DNA from: Auanema rhodensis
Taxonomy: Eukaryota > Animalia > Nematoda
Direction of reading: 5' to 3'
Length of the DNA stretch: 64,000 nt
NCBI GenBank assembly: GCA_964057225.1
Contig: OZ059898.1
Coordinates: 9,672,001-9,736,000 of the forward strand
The notes under the pieces are model-generated. The model was not told the origin of the DNA and searched no databases. It worked only from the letters and a program-made list of their open reading frames with translations. A program made the position numbers and the translations under genes. Positions 37,847 through 52,900 of the stretch are shown here, piece after piece. Numbering within the stretch: position 1 is the first letter of the stretch; each line of letters starts with the position of its first letter.

Positions 37847-40800
37847 TTCGAAAATGTTAGATTGTTTCCGAAAAATTATGAAAAGTCAAGTTCTACTGAT
37901 TTGAAGAGAATTGTAAGTTTTAGAAAATAATTAAAAATTAGTTCTCTCTACTATTTACTGATTGTCAGCTAAAATATGGTAACAGTTTTTATAAAAAGTT
38001 TCCATGATTAGGATTAAACAAAAAAAAGAATTAAAGAGAAACACTTTTTGTTTACTTATTTGATTATAATACTTGAATTTCCAAAAACAGTAGAATAAAA
38101 TTGAGAAAGCGACAAAAACAGTTGAACGATTTGAAGAGAATTGTAAGTTTTAGAAAAGAATTAAAGTTCAGCTATCTCTACTATTAACTGATTAACGGCT
38201 AAAATAAGGTAACAGTTTTTATTGAAAGTTTCCGTGATTGAGATAACACAAAGAAAAAAAAATCAAAGAGAAACACTTCCTTCTTGTTTACTTATTTGAT
38301 TATAACACTTGAAATTCCAACAAAACTAAAGTAAAACTGTTAAAGCGAGTAAAACTGTTGAACGATTTGAAGACAATTGTAAGTTTAAGAAAAGAATTAA
38401 AGTTTAGCTTTGTCTACTATTAACTGATTATCGGCTGAAATATGGTGACAGTTTTTTTTTAAAAGTTTTCATGATTAGGATTAAACAAAAAAAAGAATCA
38501 AAAAGAAACACTTCTTGTTTACTTATTTGATTATAATACTTGAAATTCCAAAAACAGTAGAATAAAATTGAGAAAGCGACAAAAACAGTTGAACGATTTG
38601 AAGAGAATTGTAAGTTTTAGAAAATAATTAAAAATTAGTTCTCTCTACTATTAACTGATTGTCGGCTAAAATATGGTAACAGTTTTTATAAAAAGTTTCC
38701 ATGATTAGGATTAAACAAAAAAAAGAATTAAAGAGAAACACTTTTTGTTTACTTATTTGATTATAATACTTGAAATTCCAAAAACAGTAGAATAAAATTG
38801 AGAAAGCGACAAAAACAGTTGAACGATATGAAGAGAATTGTCAGTTTTAGAAAAGAATTAAAGTTCAGCTATCTCTACTATTAACTGACTATCGGCTAAA
38901 ATAAGGTAACAGTTTTTATTGAAAGTTTCCATGATTAAGATTAAACAAAGAAAAAAATCAGAGAGAAACACTTCTTGTTTACTTACTTGATTATAATACT
39001 TGAAATTCCAAAAACAGTAAAATAAAATTGAGAAAGCGACAAAAACAGTTGAACGATTTGAAGACAATTGTAAGTTTTAGAAAAGAATTAAAGTTCAGCT
39101 ATCTCTACTATTAACTGACTATCGGCTAAAATAAGGTAACAGTTTTTATTGAAAGTTTCCATGATTAAGATTAAACAAAGAAAAAAATCAGAGAGAAACA
39201 CTTCTTGTTTACTTACTTGATTATAATACTTGAAATGCCAACAAAAGTAAAGTAAAACTGTTAAAGCGAGTAAAACTGTTGAACAATTTGAAGACAATTG
39301 TAAGTTTAAGAAAAGAATTAAAGTTTAGCTTTGTCTACTATTAACTGAATGTCGGCTAAAATATGGTAACAGTTTTTATCAAAAGTTTCCATGATTAAGA
39401 TTAAACAAAGAAAAAAAATCAAAAAGAAACACTTCTTGTTTACTTACTTGATTATAATACTTGAAATTCCAAAAACAGTAGAATAAAATTGAGAAAGCGA
39501 CAAAAACAGTTGAACGATTTGAAGAGAATTGTAAGTTGAAGAAAAAATTAAAGTTTAGCTCTCTCTACTATTAACTGAATGTCGGCTAAAATATAGTAAC
39601 AGTTTTTATTAAAAGTTTCCATGATTAAGATTAAACAAAGAAAAAAAATCAAAGAAAAACACTTCTTGTTTACTAATTTGATCATAACACTTGAAATGCC
39701 AACAAAAGTAAAGTAAAACTGTTAAAGCGAGTAAAACTGTTGAACAATTTGAAGACAATTGTAAGTTGAAGAAAAAAATTAAAGTTTAGCTCTCTCTACT
39801 ATTAACTGAATGTCGGCTAAAATATGGTAACAGTTTTTATCAAAAGTTTCCATGATTAAGATTGAACAAAGAAAAAAAATCAAAAAGAAACACTTCTTGT
39901 TTACTTACTTGATTATAATACTTGAAATTCCAAAAACAGTAGAATAAAATAGAGAAAACGACAAAAACAGTTGAACGATTTGAAGACAATTGTAAGTTTT
40001 AGAAAATAATTAAAAATTAGTTCTCTCTACTATTAACTGATTGTCGGCTAAAATATGGTAACAGTTTTTATAAAAAGGTTCCATGATTAGGACTAAATAA
40101 AAAAAAGAATCAAAAAGAAACACTTCTTGTTTACTTACTTGATTATAATACTTGAAATTCAAAAAAAAGTAAAAAACAATTGAGAAAGCGACATAAACAG
40201 TTGAAAGATTTGAAGAGAATTGTAAGTTTCAGAAAAGAATTAAAGTTCAGCTATCTCTACTTTTAACTGATTAACGGCTAAAATAAGGTAACAGTTTTTA
40301 TTGAAAGTTTCCGTGATTGAGATTAAACAAAAAAAAAATCAAAGAGAAACACTTCTTGTTTACTTACTTGATTATAATACTTGAAATTCCAAAAACAGTA
40401 GAATAAAATAGAGAAAACGACAAAAACAGTTGAACGATTTGAAGACAATTGTAAGTTTTAGAAAATAATTAAAAATTAGTTCTCTCTACTATTAACTGAT
40501 TGTCGGCTAAAATATGGTAACAGTTTTTATAAAAAGTTTCCATGATTAGGATTAAACAAAAAAAAGAATTAAAGAGAAACACTTTTTGTTTACTTATTTG
40601 ATTATAATACTTGAATTTCCAAAAACAGTAGAATAAAATTGAGAAAGCGACAAAAACAGTTGAACGATTTGAAGAGAATTGTAAGTTTTAGAAAAGAATT
40701 AAAGTTCAGCTATCTCTACTATTAACTGATTAACGGCTAAAATAAGGTAACAGTTTTTATTGAAAGTTTCCGTGATTGAGATAACACAAAGAAAAAAAAA

Positions 40801-43486
40801 TCAAAGAGAAACACTTCCTTCTTGTTTACTTATTTGATTATAACACTTGAAATTCCAACAAAAGTAAAGTAAAACTGTTAAAGCGAGTAAAACTGTTGAA
40901 CGATTTGAAGACAATTGTAAGTTTAAGAAAAGAATTAAAGTTTAGCTTTGTCTACTATTAACTGATTATCGGCTGAAATATGGTGACAGTTTTTTTTTAA
41001 AAGTTTTCATGATTAGGATTAAACAAAAAAAAGAATCAAAAAGAAACACTTCTTGTTTACTTATTTGATTATAATACTTGAAATTCCAAAAACAGTAGAA
41101 TAAAACTGTTAAAGCGAGTAAAACTGTTGAACAATTTGAAGACAATTGTAAGTTGAAGAAAAAAATTAAAGTTTAGCTCTCTCTACTATTAACTGAATGT
41201 CGGCTAAAATATGGTAACAGTTTTTATCAAAAGTTTCCATGATTAAGATTAAACAAAGAAAAAAAATCAAAAAGAAACACTTCTTGTTTACTTACTTGAT
41301 TATAATACTTGAAATTCCAAAAACAGTAGAATAAAATTGAGAAAGCGACAAAAACAGTTGAACGATTTGAAGAGAATTGTCAGTTTTAGAAAAGAATTAA
41401 AGTTCAGCTATCTCTACTATTAACTGACTATCGGCTAAAATAAGGTAACAGTTTTTATTGAAAGTTTCCATGATTAAGATTAAACAAAGAAAAAAATCAG
41501 AGAGAAACACTTCTTGTTTACTTACTTGATTATAATACTTGAAATTCCAAAAACAGTAAAATAAAATTGAGAAAGCGACAAAAACAGTTGAACGATTTGA
41601 AGACAATTGTAAGTTTAAGAAAAGAATTAAAGTTTAGCTTTGTCTACTATTAACTGAATGTCGGCTAAAATATGGTAACAGTTTTTATCAAAAGTTTCCA
41701 TGATTAAGATTAAACAAAGAAAAAAAATCAAAAAGAAACACTTCTTGTTTACTTACTTGATTATAATACTTGAAATTCCAAAAACAGTAGAATAAAATTG
41801 AGAAAGCGACAAAAACAGTTGAACGATTTGAAGAGAATTGTAAGTTTTAGAAAAGAATTAAAGTTCAGCTATCTCTACTATTAACTGACTATCGGCTAAA
41901 ATAAGGTAACAGTTTTTATTGAAAGTTTCCATGGTTAAGATTAAACAAAGAAAAAAATCAGAGAGAAACACTTCTTGTTTACTTACTTGATTATAATACT
42001 TGAAATGCCAACAAAAGTAAAGTAAAACTGTTAAAGCGAGTAAAACTGTTGAACAATTTGAAGACAATTGTAAGTTGAAGAAAAAAATTAAAGTTTAGCT
42101 TTGTCTACTATTAACTGAATGTCGGCTAAAATATGGTAACAGTTTTTATCAAAAGTTTCCATGATTAAGATTAAACAAAGAAAAAAATCAGAGAGAAACA
42201 CTTCTTGTTTACTTACTTGATTATAATACTTGAAATTCCAAAAACAGTAAAATAAAATTGAGAAAGCGACAAAAACAGTTGAACGATTTGAAGACAATTG
42301 TAAGTTTTAGAAAATAATTAAAAATTAGTTCTCTCTACTATTAACTGATTGTCGGCTAAAATATAGTAACAGTTTTTATTAAAAGTTTCCATGATTAAGA
42401 TTAAACAAAGAAAAAAATCAGAGAGAAACACTTCTTGTTTACTTACTTGATTATAATACTTGAAATTCCAAAAACAGTAGAATAAAATTGAGAAAGCGAC
42501 AAAAACAGTTGAACGATTTGAAGAGAATTGTAAGTTGAAGAAAAAAATTAAAGTTTAGCTCTCTCTACTATTAACTGAATGTCGGCTAAAATATAGTAAC
42601 AGTTTTTATTAAAAGTTTCCATGATTAAGATTAAACAAAGAAAAAAATCAGAGAGAAACACTTCTTGTTTACTTACTTGATTATAATACTTGAAATTCCA
42701 AAAACAGTAAAATAAAATTGAGAAAGCGACAAAAACAGTTGAACGATTTGAAGACAATTGTAAGTTTTAGAAAATAATTAAAAATTAGTTCTCTCTACTA
42801 TTAACTGATTGTCGGCTAAAATATGGTAACAGTTTTTATAAAAAGGTTCCATGATTAGGACTAAACAAAAAAAAGAATCAAAAAGAAACACTTCTTGTTT
42901 ACTTACTTGATTATAATACTTGAAATTCCAAAAACAGTAGAATAAAATAGAGAAAACGACAAAAACAGTTGAACGATTTGAAGACAATTGTAAGTTTTAG
43001 AAAATAATTAAAAATTAGTTCTCTCTACTATTAACTGATTGTCGGCTAAAATATGGTAACAGTTTTTATAAAAAGGTTCCATGATTAGGACTTAACAAAA
43101 AAAAGAATCAAAAAGAAACACTTCTTGTTTACTTACTTGATTATAATACTTGAAATTCAAAAAAAAGTAAAAAACAATTGAGAAAGCGACATAAACAGTT
43201 GAACGATTTGAAGAGAATTGTAAGTTTCAGAAAAGAATTAAAGTTCAGCTATCTCTACTTTTAACTGATTAACGGCTAAAATAAGGTAACAGTTTTTATT
43301 GAAAGTTTCCGTGATTGAGATTAAACAAAGAAAAAAAAATCAAAGAGAAACACTTCTTGTTTACTTATTTGATTATAACACTTGAAAATCCAACAAAAGT
43401 AAAATAAAACTGTGAAAGCGGGTAAAACTGTTGAACTAAAACAGTCTTCATAAAATATAAATGATATATTTTTATAAAAGTGAAGT

Positions 43487-43557
43487 TGCATCGGCCGGGA
43501 ATCGAACCCGGGTCGCCCGCGTGGCAGGCGAGCATTCTACCACTGAACCACCGATGC
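43487..43557 (-). tRNA. tRNA-Gly(GCC), intact
   Basis: Identical to the 71-nt consensus. Confidence 0.97.
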
Positions 43558-46500
43558 TTCGAAAATGTTAGATTGTTTCCGAAAAATTATGAAAAGTCAA
43601 GTTCTACTGATTTGAAGAGAATTGTAAGTTTTAGAAAATAATTAAAAATTAGTTCTCTCTACTATTTACTGATTGTCAGCTAAAATATGGTAACAGTTTT
43701 TATAAAAAGTTTCCATGATTAGGATTAAACAAAAAAAAGAATTAAAGAGAAACACTTTTTGTTTACTTATTTGATTATAATACTTGAATTTCCAAAAACA
43801 GTAGAATAAAATTGAGAAAGCGACAAAAACAGTTGAACGATTTGAAGAGAATTGTAAGTTTTAGAAAAGAATTAAAGTTCAGCTATCTCTACTATTAACT
43901 GATTAACGGCTAAAATAAGGTAACAGTTTTTATTGAAAGTTTCCGTGATTGAGATAACACAAAGAAAAAAAAATCAAAGAGAAACACTTCCTTCTTGTTT
44001 ACTTATTTGATTATAACACTTGAAATTCCAACAAAACTAAAGTAAAACTGTTAAAGCGAGTAAAACTGTTGAACGATTTGGAGACAATTGTAAGTTTAAG
44101 AAAAGAATTAAAGTTTAGCTTTGTCTACTATTAACTGATTATCGGCTGAAATATGGTGACAGTTTTTTTTTAAAAGTTTTCATGATTAGGATTAAACAAA
44201 AAAAAGAATCAAAAAGAAACACTTCTTGTTTACTTATTTGATTATAATACTTGAAATTCCAAAAACAGTAGAATAAAATTGAGAAAGCGACAAAAACAGT
44301 TGAACGATTTGAAGAGAATTGTAAGTTTTAGAAAATAATTAAAAATTAGTTCTCTCTACTATTAACTGATTGTCGGCTAAAATATGGTAACAGTTTTTAT
44401 AAAAAGTTTCCATGATTAGGATTAAACAAAAAAAAGAATTAAAGAGAAACACTTTTTGTTTACTTATTTGATTATAATACTTGAAATTCCAAAAACAGTA
44501 GAATAAAATTGAGAAAGCGACAAAAACAGTTGAACGATTTGAAGAGAATTGTAAGTTTTAGAAAATAATTAAAAATTAGTTCTCTCTACTATTAACTGAT
44601 TGTCGGCTAAAATATGGTAACAGTTTTTATAAAAAGGTTCCATGATTAGGACTAAACAAAAAAAAGAATCAAAAAGAAACACTTCTTGTTTACTTACTTG
44701 ATTATAATACTTGAAATTCCAAAAACAGTAAAATAAAATTGAGAAAGCGACAAAAACAGTTGAACGATTTGAAGACAATTGTAAGTTTTAGAAAAGAATT
44801 AAAGTTCAGCTATCTCTACTATTAACTGACTATCGGCTAAAATAAGGTAACAGTTTTTATTGAAAGTTTCCATGATTAAGATTAAACAAAGAAAAAAATC
44901 AGAGAGAAACACTTCTTGTTTACTTACTTGATTATAATACTTGAAATGCCAACAAAAGTAAAGTAAAACTGTTAAAGCGAGTAAAACTGTTGAACAATTT
45001 GAAGACAATTGTAAGTTTAAGAAAAGAATTAAAGTTTAGCTTTGTCTACTATTAACTGAATGTCGGCTAAAATATGGTAACAGTTTTTATCAAAAGTTTC
45101 CATGATTAAGATTAAACAAAGAAAAAAAATCAAAAAGAAACACTTCTTGTTTACTTACTTGATTATAATACTTGAAATTCCAAAAACAGTAGAATAAAAT
45201 TGAGAAAGCGACAAAAACAGTTGAACGATTTGAAGAGAATTGTAAGTTGAAGAAAAAATTAAAGTTTAGCTCTCTCTACTATTAACTGAATGTCGGCTAA
45301 AATATAGTAACAGTTTTTATTAAAAGTTTCCATGATTAAGATTAAACAAAGAAAAAAAATCAAAGAAAAACACTTCTTGTTTACTAATTTGATCATAACA
45401 CTTGAAATGCCAACAAAAGTAAAGTAAAACTGTTAAAGCGAGTAAAACTGTTGAACAATTTGAAGACAATTGTAAGTTGAAGAAAAAAATTAAAGTTTAG
45501 CTCTCTCTACTATTAACTGAATGTCGGCTAAAATATGGTAACAGTTTTTATCAAAAGTTTCCATGATTAAGATTGAACAAAGAAAAAAAATCAAAAAGAA
45601 ACACTTCTTGTTTACTTACTTGATTATAATACTTGAAATTCCAAAAACAGTAGAATAAAATAGAGAAAACGACAAAAACAGTTGAACGATTTGAAGACAA
45701 TTGTAAGTTTTAGAAAATAATTAAAAATTAGTTCTCTCTACTATTAACTGATTGTCGGCTAAAATATGGTAACAGTTTTTATAAAAAGGTTCCATGATTA
45801 GGACTAAACAAAAAAAAGAATCAAAAAGAAACACTTCTTGTTTACTTACTTGATTATAATACTTGAAATTCAAAAAAAAGTAAAAAACAATTGAGAAAGC
45901 GACATAAACAGTTGAAAGATTTGAAGAGAATTGTAAGTTTCAGAAAAGAATTAAAGTTCAGCTATCTCTACTTTTAACTGATTAACGGCTAAAATAAGGT
46001 AACAGTTTTTATTGAAAGTTTCCGTGATTGAGATTAAACAAAAAAAAAAATCAAAGAGAAACACTTCTTGTTTACTTACTTGATTATAATACTTGAAATT
46101 CCAAAAACAGTAGAATAAAATAGAGAAAACGACAAAAACAGTTGAACGATTTGAAGACAATTGTAAGTTTTAGAAAATAATTAAAAATTAGTTCTCTCTA
46201 CTATTAACTGATTGTCGGCTAAAATATGGTAACAGTTTTTATAAAAAGTTTCCATGATTAGGATTAAACAAAAAAAAGAATTAAAGAGAAACACTTTTTG
46301 TTTACTTATTTGATTATAATACTTGAATTTCCAAAAACAGTAGAATAAAATTGAGAAAGCGACAAAAACAGTTGAACGATTTGAAGAGAATTGTAAGTTT
46401 TAGAAAAGAATTAAAGTTCAGCTATCTCTACTATTAACTGATTAACGGCTAAAATAAGGTAACAGTTTTTATTGAAAGTTTCCGTGATTGAGATAACACA

Positions 46501-47354
46501 AAGAAAAAAAAATCAAAGAGAAACACTTCCTTCTTGTTTACTTATTTGATTATAACACTTGAAATTCCAACAAAAGTAAAGTAAAACTGTTAAAGCGAGT
46601 AAAACTGTTGAACGATTTGAAGACAATTGTAAGTTTAAGAAAAGAATTAAAGTTTAGCTTTGTCTACTATTAACTGATTATCGGCTGAAATATGGTGACA
46701 GTTTTTTTTTAAAAGTTTTCATGATTAGGATTAAACAAAAAAAAGAATCAAAAAGAAACACTTCTTGTTTACTTATTTGATTATAATACTTGAAATTCCA
46801 AAAACAGTAGAATAAAATTGAGAAAGCGACAAAAACAGTTGAACGATTTGAAGAGAATTGTAAGTTTTAGAAAATAATTAAAAATTAGTTCTCTCTACTA
46901 TTAACTGATTGTCGGCTAAAATATGGTAACAGTTTTTATAAAAAGTTTCCATGATTAGGATTAAACAAAAAAAGAATTAAAGAGAAACACTTTTTGTTTA
47001 CTTATTTGATTATAATACTTGAAATTCCAAAAACAGTAGAATAAAATTGAGAAAGCGACAAAAACAGTTGAACGATTTGAAGAGAATTGTAAGTTTTAGA
47101 AAAGAATTAAAGTTCAGCTTTCTCTACTATTAACTGATTATCGGCTAAAATAAGGTAACAGTTTTTATTGAAAGTTTCCATGATTAAGATTAAACAAAAA
47201 AAAAAATCAAAGAGAAACACTTCTTGTTTACTAATTTGATTATAACACTTGAAAATCCAACAAAAGTAAAAAAAAAACTGTGAAAGCGGGTAAAACTGTT
47301 GAACTATAACAGTCTTTATAAAATATAAATGATATTTTTTTATAAAAGTGAAGT

Positions 47355-47425
47355 TGCATCGGCCGGGAATCGAACCCGGGTCGCCCGCGTGGCAGGCGAG
47401 CATTCTACCACTGAACCACCGATGC
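47355..47425 (-). tRNA. tRNA-Gly(GCC), intact
   Basis: Identical to the 71-nt consensus. Confidence 0.97.
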
Positions 47426-49832
47426 TTCGAAAATGTTAGATTGTTTCCGAAAAATTATGAAAAGTCAAGTTCTACTGATTTGAAGAGAATTGTAAGTTTT
47501 AGAAAATAATTAAAAATTAGTTCTCTCTACTATTAACTGATTGTCGGCTAAAATATGGTAACAGTTTTAATAAAAAGTTTCCATGATTAGGATTAAACAA
47601 AAAAAAAGAATTAAAGAGAAACACTTTTTGTTTACTTACTTGATTATAATACTTGAAATTCAAAAAAAAGTAAAAAACAATTGAGAAAGCGACATAAACA
47701 GTTGAACGATTTGAAGAGAATTGTAAGTTTCAGAAAAGAATTAAAGTTCAGCTATCTCTACTATTAACTGATTATCGGCTAAAATAAGGTAACAGTTTTT
47801 ATTGAAAGTTTCCATGATTGAGATTAAACAAAGAAAAAAATCAAAGAGAAACACTTCTTGTTTACTAATTTGATCATAACACTTGAAATGCCAACAAAAG
47901 TAAAGTAAAACTGTTAAAGCGAGTAAAACTGTTGAACGATTTGAAGACAATTGTAAGTTGAAGAAAAAAATTAAAGTTTAGCTCTCTCTACTATTAACTG
48001 ATTATCGGCTAAAATATAGTAACAGTTTTTATTAAAAGTTTCCATGATTAAGATTAAACAAAGAAAAAAAATCAAAGAAAAACACTTCTTGTTTACTAAT
48101 TTGATCATAACACTTGAAATGCCAACAAAAGTAAAGTAAAACTGTTAAAGCGAGTAAAACTGTTGAACAATTTGAAGACAATTGTAAGTTGAAGAAAAAA
48201 ATTAAAGTTTAGCTCTCTCTACTATTAACTGAATGTCGGCTAAAATATGGTAACAGTTTTTATCAAAAGTTTCCATGATTAAGATTAAACAAAGAAAAAA
48301 AATCAAAAAGAAACACTTCTTGTTTACTTACTTGATTATAATACTTGAAATTCCAAAAACAGTAAAATAAAATTGAGAAAGCGACAAAAACAGTTGAACG
48401 ATTTGAAGACAATTGTAAGTTTAAGAAAAGAATTAAAGTTTAGCTTTGTCTACTATTAACTGATTATCGGCTGAAATATGGTGACAGTTTTTTTTTAAAA
48501 GTTTTCATGATTAGGATTAAACAAAAAAAAGAATCAAAAAGAAACACTTCTTGTTTACTTATTTGATTATAACACTTGAAATTCCAACAAAAGTAAAGTA
48601 AAACTGTTAAAGCGAGTAAAACTGTTGAACGATTTGAAGACAATTGTAAGTTGAAGAAAAAAATTAAAGTTTAGCTCTCTCTACTATTAACTGATTATCG
48701 GCTAAAATATAGTAACAGTTTTTATTAAAAGTTTCCATGATTAAGATTAAACAAAGAAAAAAAATCAAAGAAAAACACTTCTTGTTTACTAATTTGATCA
48801 TAACACTTGAAATGCCAACAAAAGTAAAGTAAAACTGTTAAAGCGAGTAAAACTGTTGAACAATTTGAAGACAATTGTAAGTTGAAGAAAAAAATTAAAG
48901 TTTAGCTCTCTCTACTATTAACTGAATGTCGGCTAAAATATGGTAACAGTTTTAATAAAAAGTTTCCATGATTAGGATTAAACAAAAAAAAGAATTAAAG
49001 AGAAACACTTTTTGTTTACTTATTTGATTATAATACTTGAAATTCCAAAAACAGTAAAATAAAATTGAGAAAGCGACAAAAACAGTTGAACGATTTGAAG
49101 ACAATTGTAAGTTTAAGAAAAGAATTAAAGTTTAGCTTTGTCTACTATTAACTGATTATCGGCTGAAATATGGTGACAGTTTTTTTTTAAAAGTTTTCAT
49201 GATTAGGATTAAACAAAAAAAAGAATCAAAAAGAAACACTTCTTGTTTACTTATTTGATTATAATACTTGAAATTTCAAAAACAGTAGAATAAAATTGAG
49301 AAAGCGACAAAAACAGTTGAACGATTTGAAGAGAATTGTAAGTTTTAGAAAATAATTAAAAATTAGTTCTCTCTACTATTAACTGATTGTCGGCTAAAAT
49401 ATGGTAACAGTTTTTATAAAAAGTTTCCATGATTAGGATTAAACAAAAAAAGAATTAAAGAGAAACACTTTTTGTTTACTTATTTGATTATAATACTTGA
49501 AATTCCAAAAACAGTAGAATAAAATTGAGAAAGCGACAAAAACAGTTGAACGATTTGAAGAGAATTGTAAGTTTTAGAAAAGAATTAAAGTTCAGCTTTC
49601 TCTACTATTAACTGATTATCGGCTAAAATAAGGTAACAGTTTTTATTGAAAGTTTCCATGATTAAGATTAAACAAAAAAAAAAATCAAAGAGAAACACTT
49701 CTTGTTTACTAATTTGATTATAACACTTGAAAATCCAACAAAAGTAAAAAAAAAACTGTGAAAGCGGGTAAAACTGTTGAACTATAACAGTCTTTATAAA
49801 ATATAAATGATATTTTTTTATAAAAGTGAAGT

Positions 49833-49903
49833 TGCATCGGCCGGGAATCGAACCCGGGTCGCCCGCGTGGCAGGCGAGCATTCTACCACTGAACCACCGA
49901 TGC
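49833..49903 (-). tRNA. tRNA-Gly(GCC), intact
   Basis: Identical to the 71-nt consensus. Confidence 0.97.
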
Positions 49904-52900
49904 TTCGAAAATGTTAGATTGTTTCCGAAAAATTATGAAAAGTCAAGTTCTACTGATTTGAAGAGAATTGTAAGTTTTAGAAAATAATTAAAAATTAGTT
50001 CTCTCTACTATTAACTGATTGTCGGCTAAAATATGGTAACAGTTTTAATAAAAAGTTTCCATGATTAGGATTAAACAAAAAAAAAGAATTAAAGAGAAAC
50101 ACTTTTTGTTTACTTACTTGATTATAATACTTGAAATTCAAAAAAAAGTAAAAAACAATTGAGAAAGCGACATAAACAGTTGAACGATTTGAAGAGAATT
50201 GTAAGTTTCAGAAAAGAATTAAAGTTCAGCTATCTCTACTATTAACTGATTATCGGCTAAAATAAGGTAACAGTTTTTATTGAAAGTTTCCATGATTGAG
50301 ATTAAACAAAGAAAAAAATCAAAGAGAAACACTTCTTGTTTACTAATTTGATCATAACACTTGAAATGCCAACAAAAGTAAAGTAAAACTGTTAAAGCGA
50401 GTAAAACTGTTGAACGATTTGAAGACAATTGTAAGTTGAAGAAAAAAATTAAAGTTTAGCTCTCTCTACTATTAACTGATTATCGGCTAAAATATAGTAA
50501 CAGTTTTTATTAAAAGTTTCCATGATTAAGATTAAACAAAGAAAAAAAATCAAAGAAAAACACTTCTTGTTTACTAATTTGATCATAACACTTGAAATGC
50601 CAACAAAAGTAAAGTAAAACTGTTAAAGCGAGTAAAACTGTTGAACAATTTGAAGACAATTGTAAGTTGAAGAAAAAAATTAAAGTTTAGCTCTCTCTAC
50701 TATTAACTGAATGTCGGCTAAAATATGGTAACAGTTTTTATCAAAAGTTTCCATGATTAAGATTAAACAAAGAAAAAAAATCAAAAAGAAACACTTCTTG
50801 TTTACTTACTTGATTATAATACTTGAAATTCCAAAAACAGTAAAATAAAATTGAGAAAGCGACAAAAACAGTTGAACGATTTGAAGACAATTGTAAGTTT
50901 AAGAAAAGAATTAAAGTTTAGCTTTGTCTACTATTAACTGATTATCGGCTGAAATATGGTGACAGTTTTTTTTTAAAAGTTTTCATGATTAGGATTAAAC
51001 AAAAAAAAGAATCAAAAAGAAACACTTCTTGTTTACTTATTTGATTATAACACTTGAAATTCCAACAAAAGTAAAGTAAAACTGTTAAAGCGAGTAAAAC
51101 TGTTGAACGATTTGAAGACAATTGTAAGTTGAAGAAAAAAATTAAAGTTTAGCTCTCTCTACTATTAACTGATTATCGGCTAAAATATAGTAACAGTTTT
51201 TATTAAAAGTTTCCATGATTAAGATTAAACAAAGAAAAAAAATCAAAGAAAAACACTTCTTGTTTACTTATTTGATTATAACACTTGAAATTCCAACAAA
51301 AGTAAAGTAAAACTGTTAAAGCGAGTAAAACTGTTGAACGATTTGAAGACAATTGTAAGTTTTAGAAAAGAATTAAAGTTCAGCTTTCTCTACTATTAAC
51401 TGATTATCGGCTAAAATAAGGTAACAGTTTTTATTGAAAGTTTCCATGATTAAGATTAAACAAAGAAAAAAAATCAAAGAAAAACACTTCTTGTTTACTA
51501 ATTTGATCATAACACTTGAAATGCCAACAAAAGTAAAGTAAAACTGTTAAAGCGAGTAAAACTGTTGAACAATTTGAAGACAATTGTAAGTTGAAGAAAA
51601 AAATTAAAGTTTAGCTCTCTCTACTATTAACTGAATGTCGGCTAAAATATGGTAACAGTTTTAATAAAAAGTTTCCATGATTAGGATTAAACAAAAAAAA
51701 GAATTAAAGAGAAACACTTTTTGTTTACTTATTTGATTATAATACTTGAAATTCCAAAAACAGTAAAATAAAATTGAGAAAGCGACAAAAACAGTTGAAC
51801 GATTTGAAGACAATTGTAAGTTTAAGAAAAGAATTAAAGTTTAGCTTTGTCTACTATTAACTGATTATCGGCTGAAATATGGTGACAGTTTTTTTTTAAA
51901 AGTTTTCATGATTAGGATTAAACAAAAAAAAGAATCAAAAAGAAACACTTCTTGTTTACTTATTTGATTATAATACTTGAAATTTCAAAAACAGTAGAAT
52001 AAAATTGAGAAAGCGACAAAAACAGTTGAACGATTTGAAGAGAATTGTAAGTTTTAGAAAAGAATTAAAGTTTAGCTCTCTCTACTATTAACTGACTATC
52101 GGCTAAAATAAGGTAACAGTTTTTATTGAAAGTTTCCATGATTGAGATTAAACAAAGAAAAAAATCAAAGAGAAACACTTCTTGTTTACTAATTTGATCA
52201 TAACACTTGAAATGCCAACAAAAGTAAAGTAAAACTGTTAAAGCGAGTAAAACTGTTGAACGATTTGAAGACAATTGTAAGTTGAAGAAAAAAATTAAAG
52301 TTTAGCTCTCTCTACTATTAACTGATTATCGGCTAAAATATAGTAACAGTTTTTATTAAAAGTTTCCATGATTAAGATTAAACAAAGAAAAAAAATCAAA
52401 GAAAAACACTTCTTGTTTACTAATTTGATCATAACACTTGAAATGCCAACAAAAGTAAAGTAAAACTGTTAAAGCGAGTAAAACTGTTGAACAATTTGAA
52501 GACAATTGTAAGTTGAAGAAAAAAATTAAAGTTTAGCTCTCTCTACTATTAACTGAATGTCGGCTAAAATATGGTAACAGTTTTTATCAAAAGTTTCCAT
52601 GATTAAGATTAAACAAAGAAAAAAAATCAAAAAGAAACACTTCTTGTTTACTTACTTGATTATAATACTTGAAATTCCAAAAACAGTAAAATAAAATTGA
52701 GAAAGCGACAAAAACAGTTGAACGATTTGAAGACAATTGTAAGTTTAAGAAAAGAATTAAAGTTTAGCTTTGTCTACTATTAACTGATTATCGGCTGAAA
52801 TATGGTGACAGTTTTTTTTTAAAAGTTTTCATGATTAGGATTAAACAAAAAAAAGAATCAAAAAGAAACACTTCTTGTTTACTTATTTGATTATAACACT

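Larger units (their letters stand above)
35650..46800. repeat. Tandem 5711-bp duplication (24 monomers + one tRNA), boundaries approximate
   Basis: tRNAs 37776/43487 and ORF pairs 35686/41397, 36147/41858 and 37067/42778 are all offset by 5711; shared private variant ccatggttaag. Confidence 0.85.
46650..51250. repeat. Tandem 2478-bp duplication (10 monomers + tRNA), boundaries approximate
   Basis: tRNAs 47355/49833 and ORF pairs 47107/49585 and 47741/50219 are offset by 2478. Confidence 0.8.
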
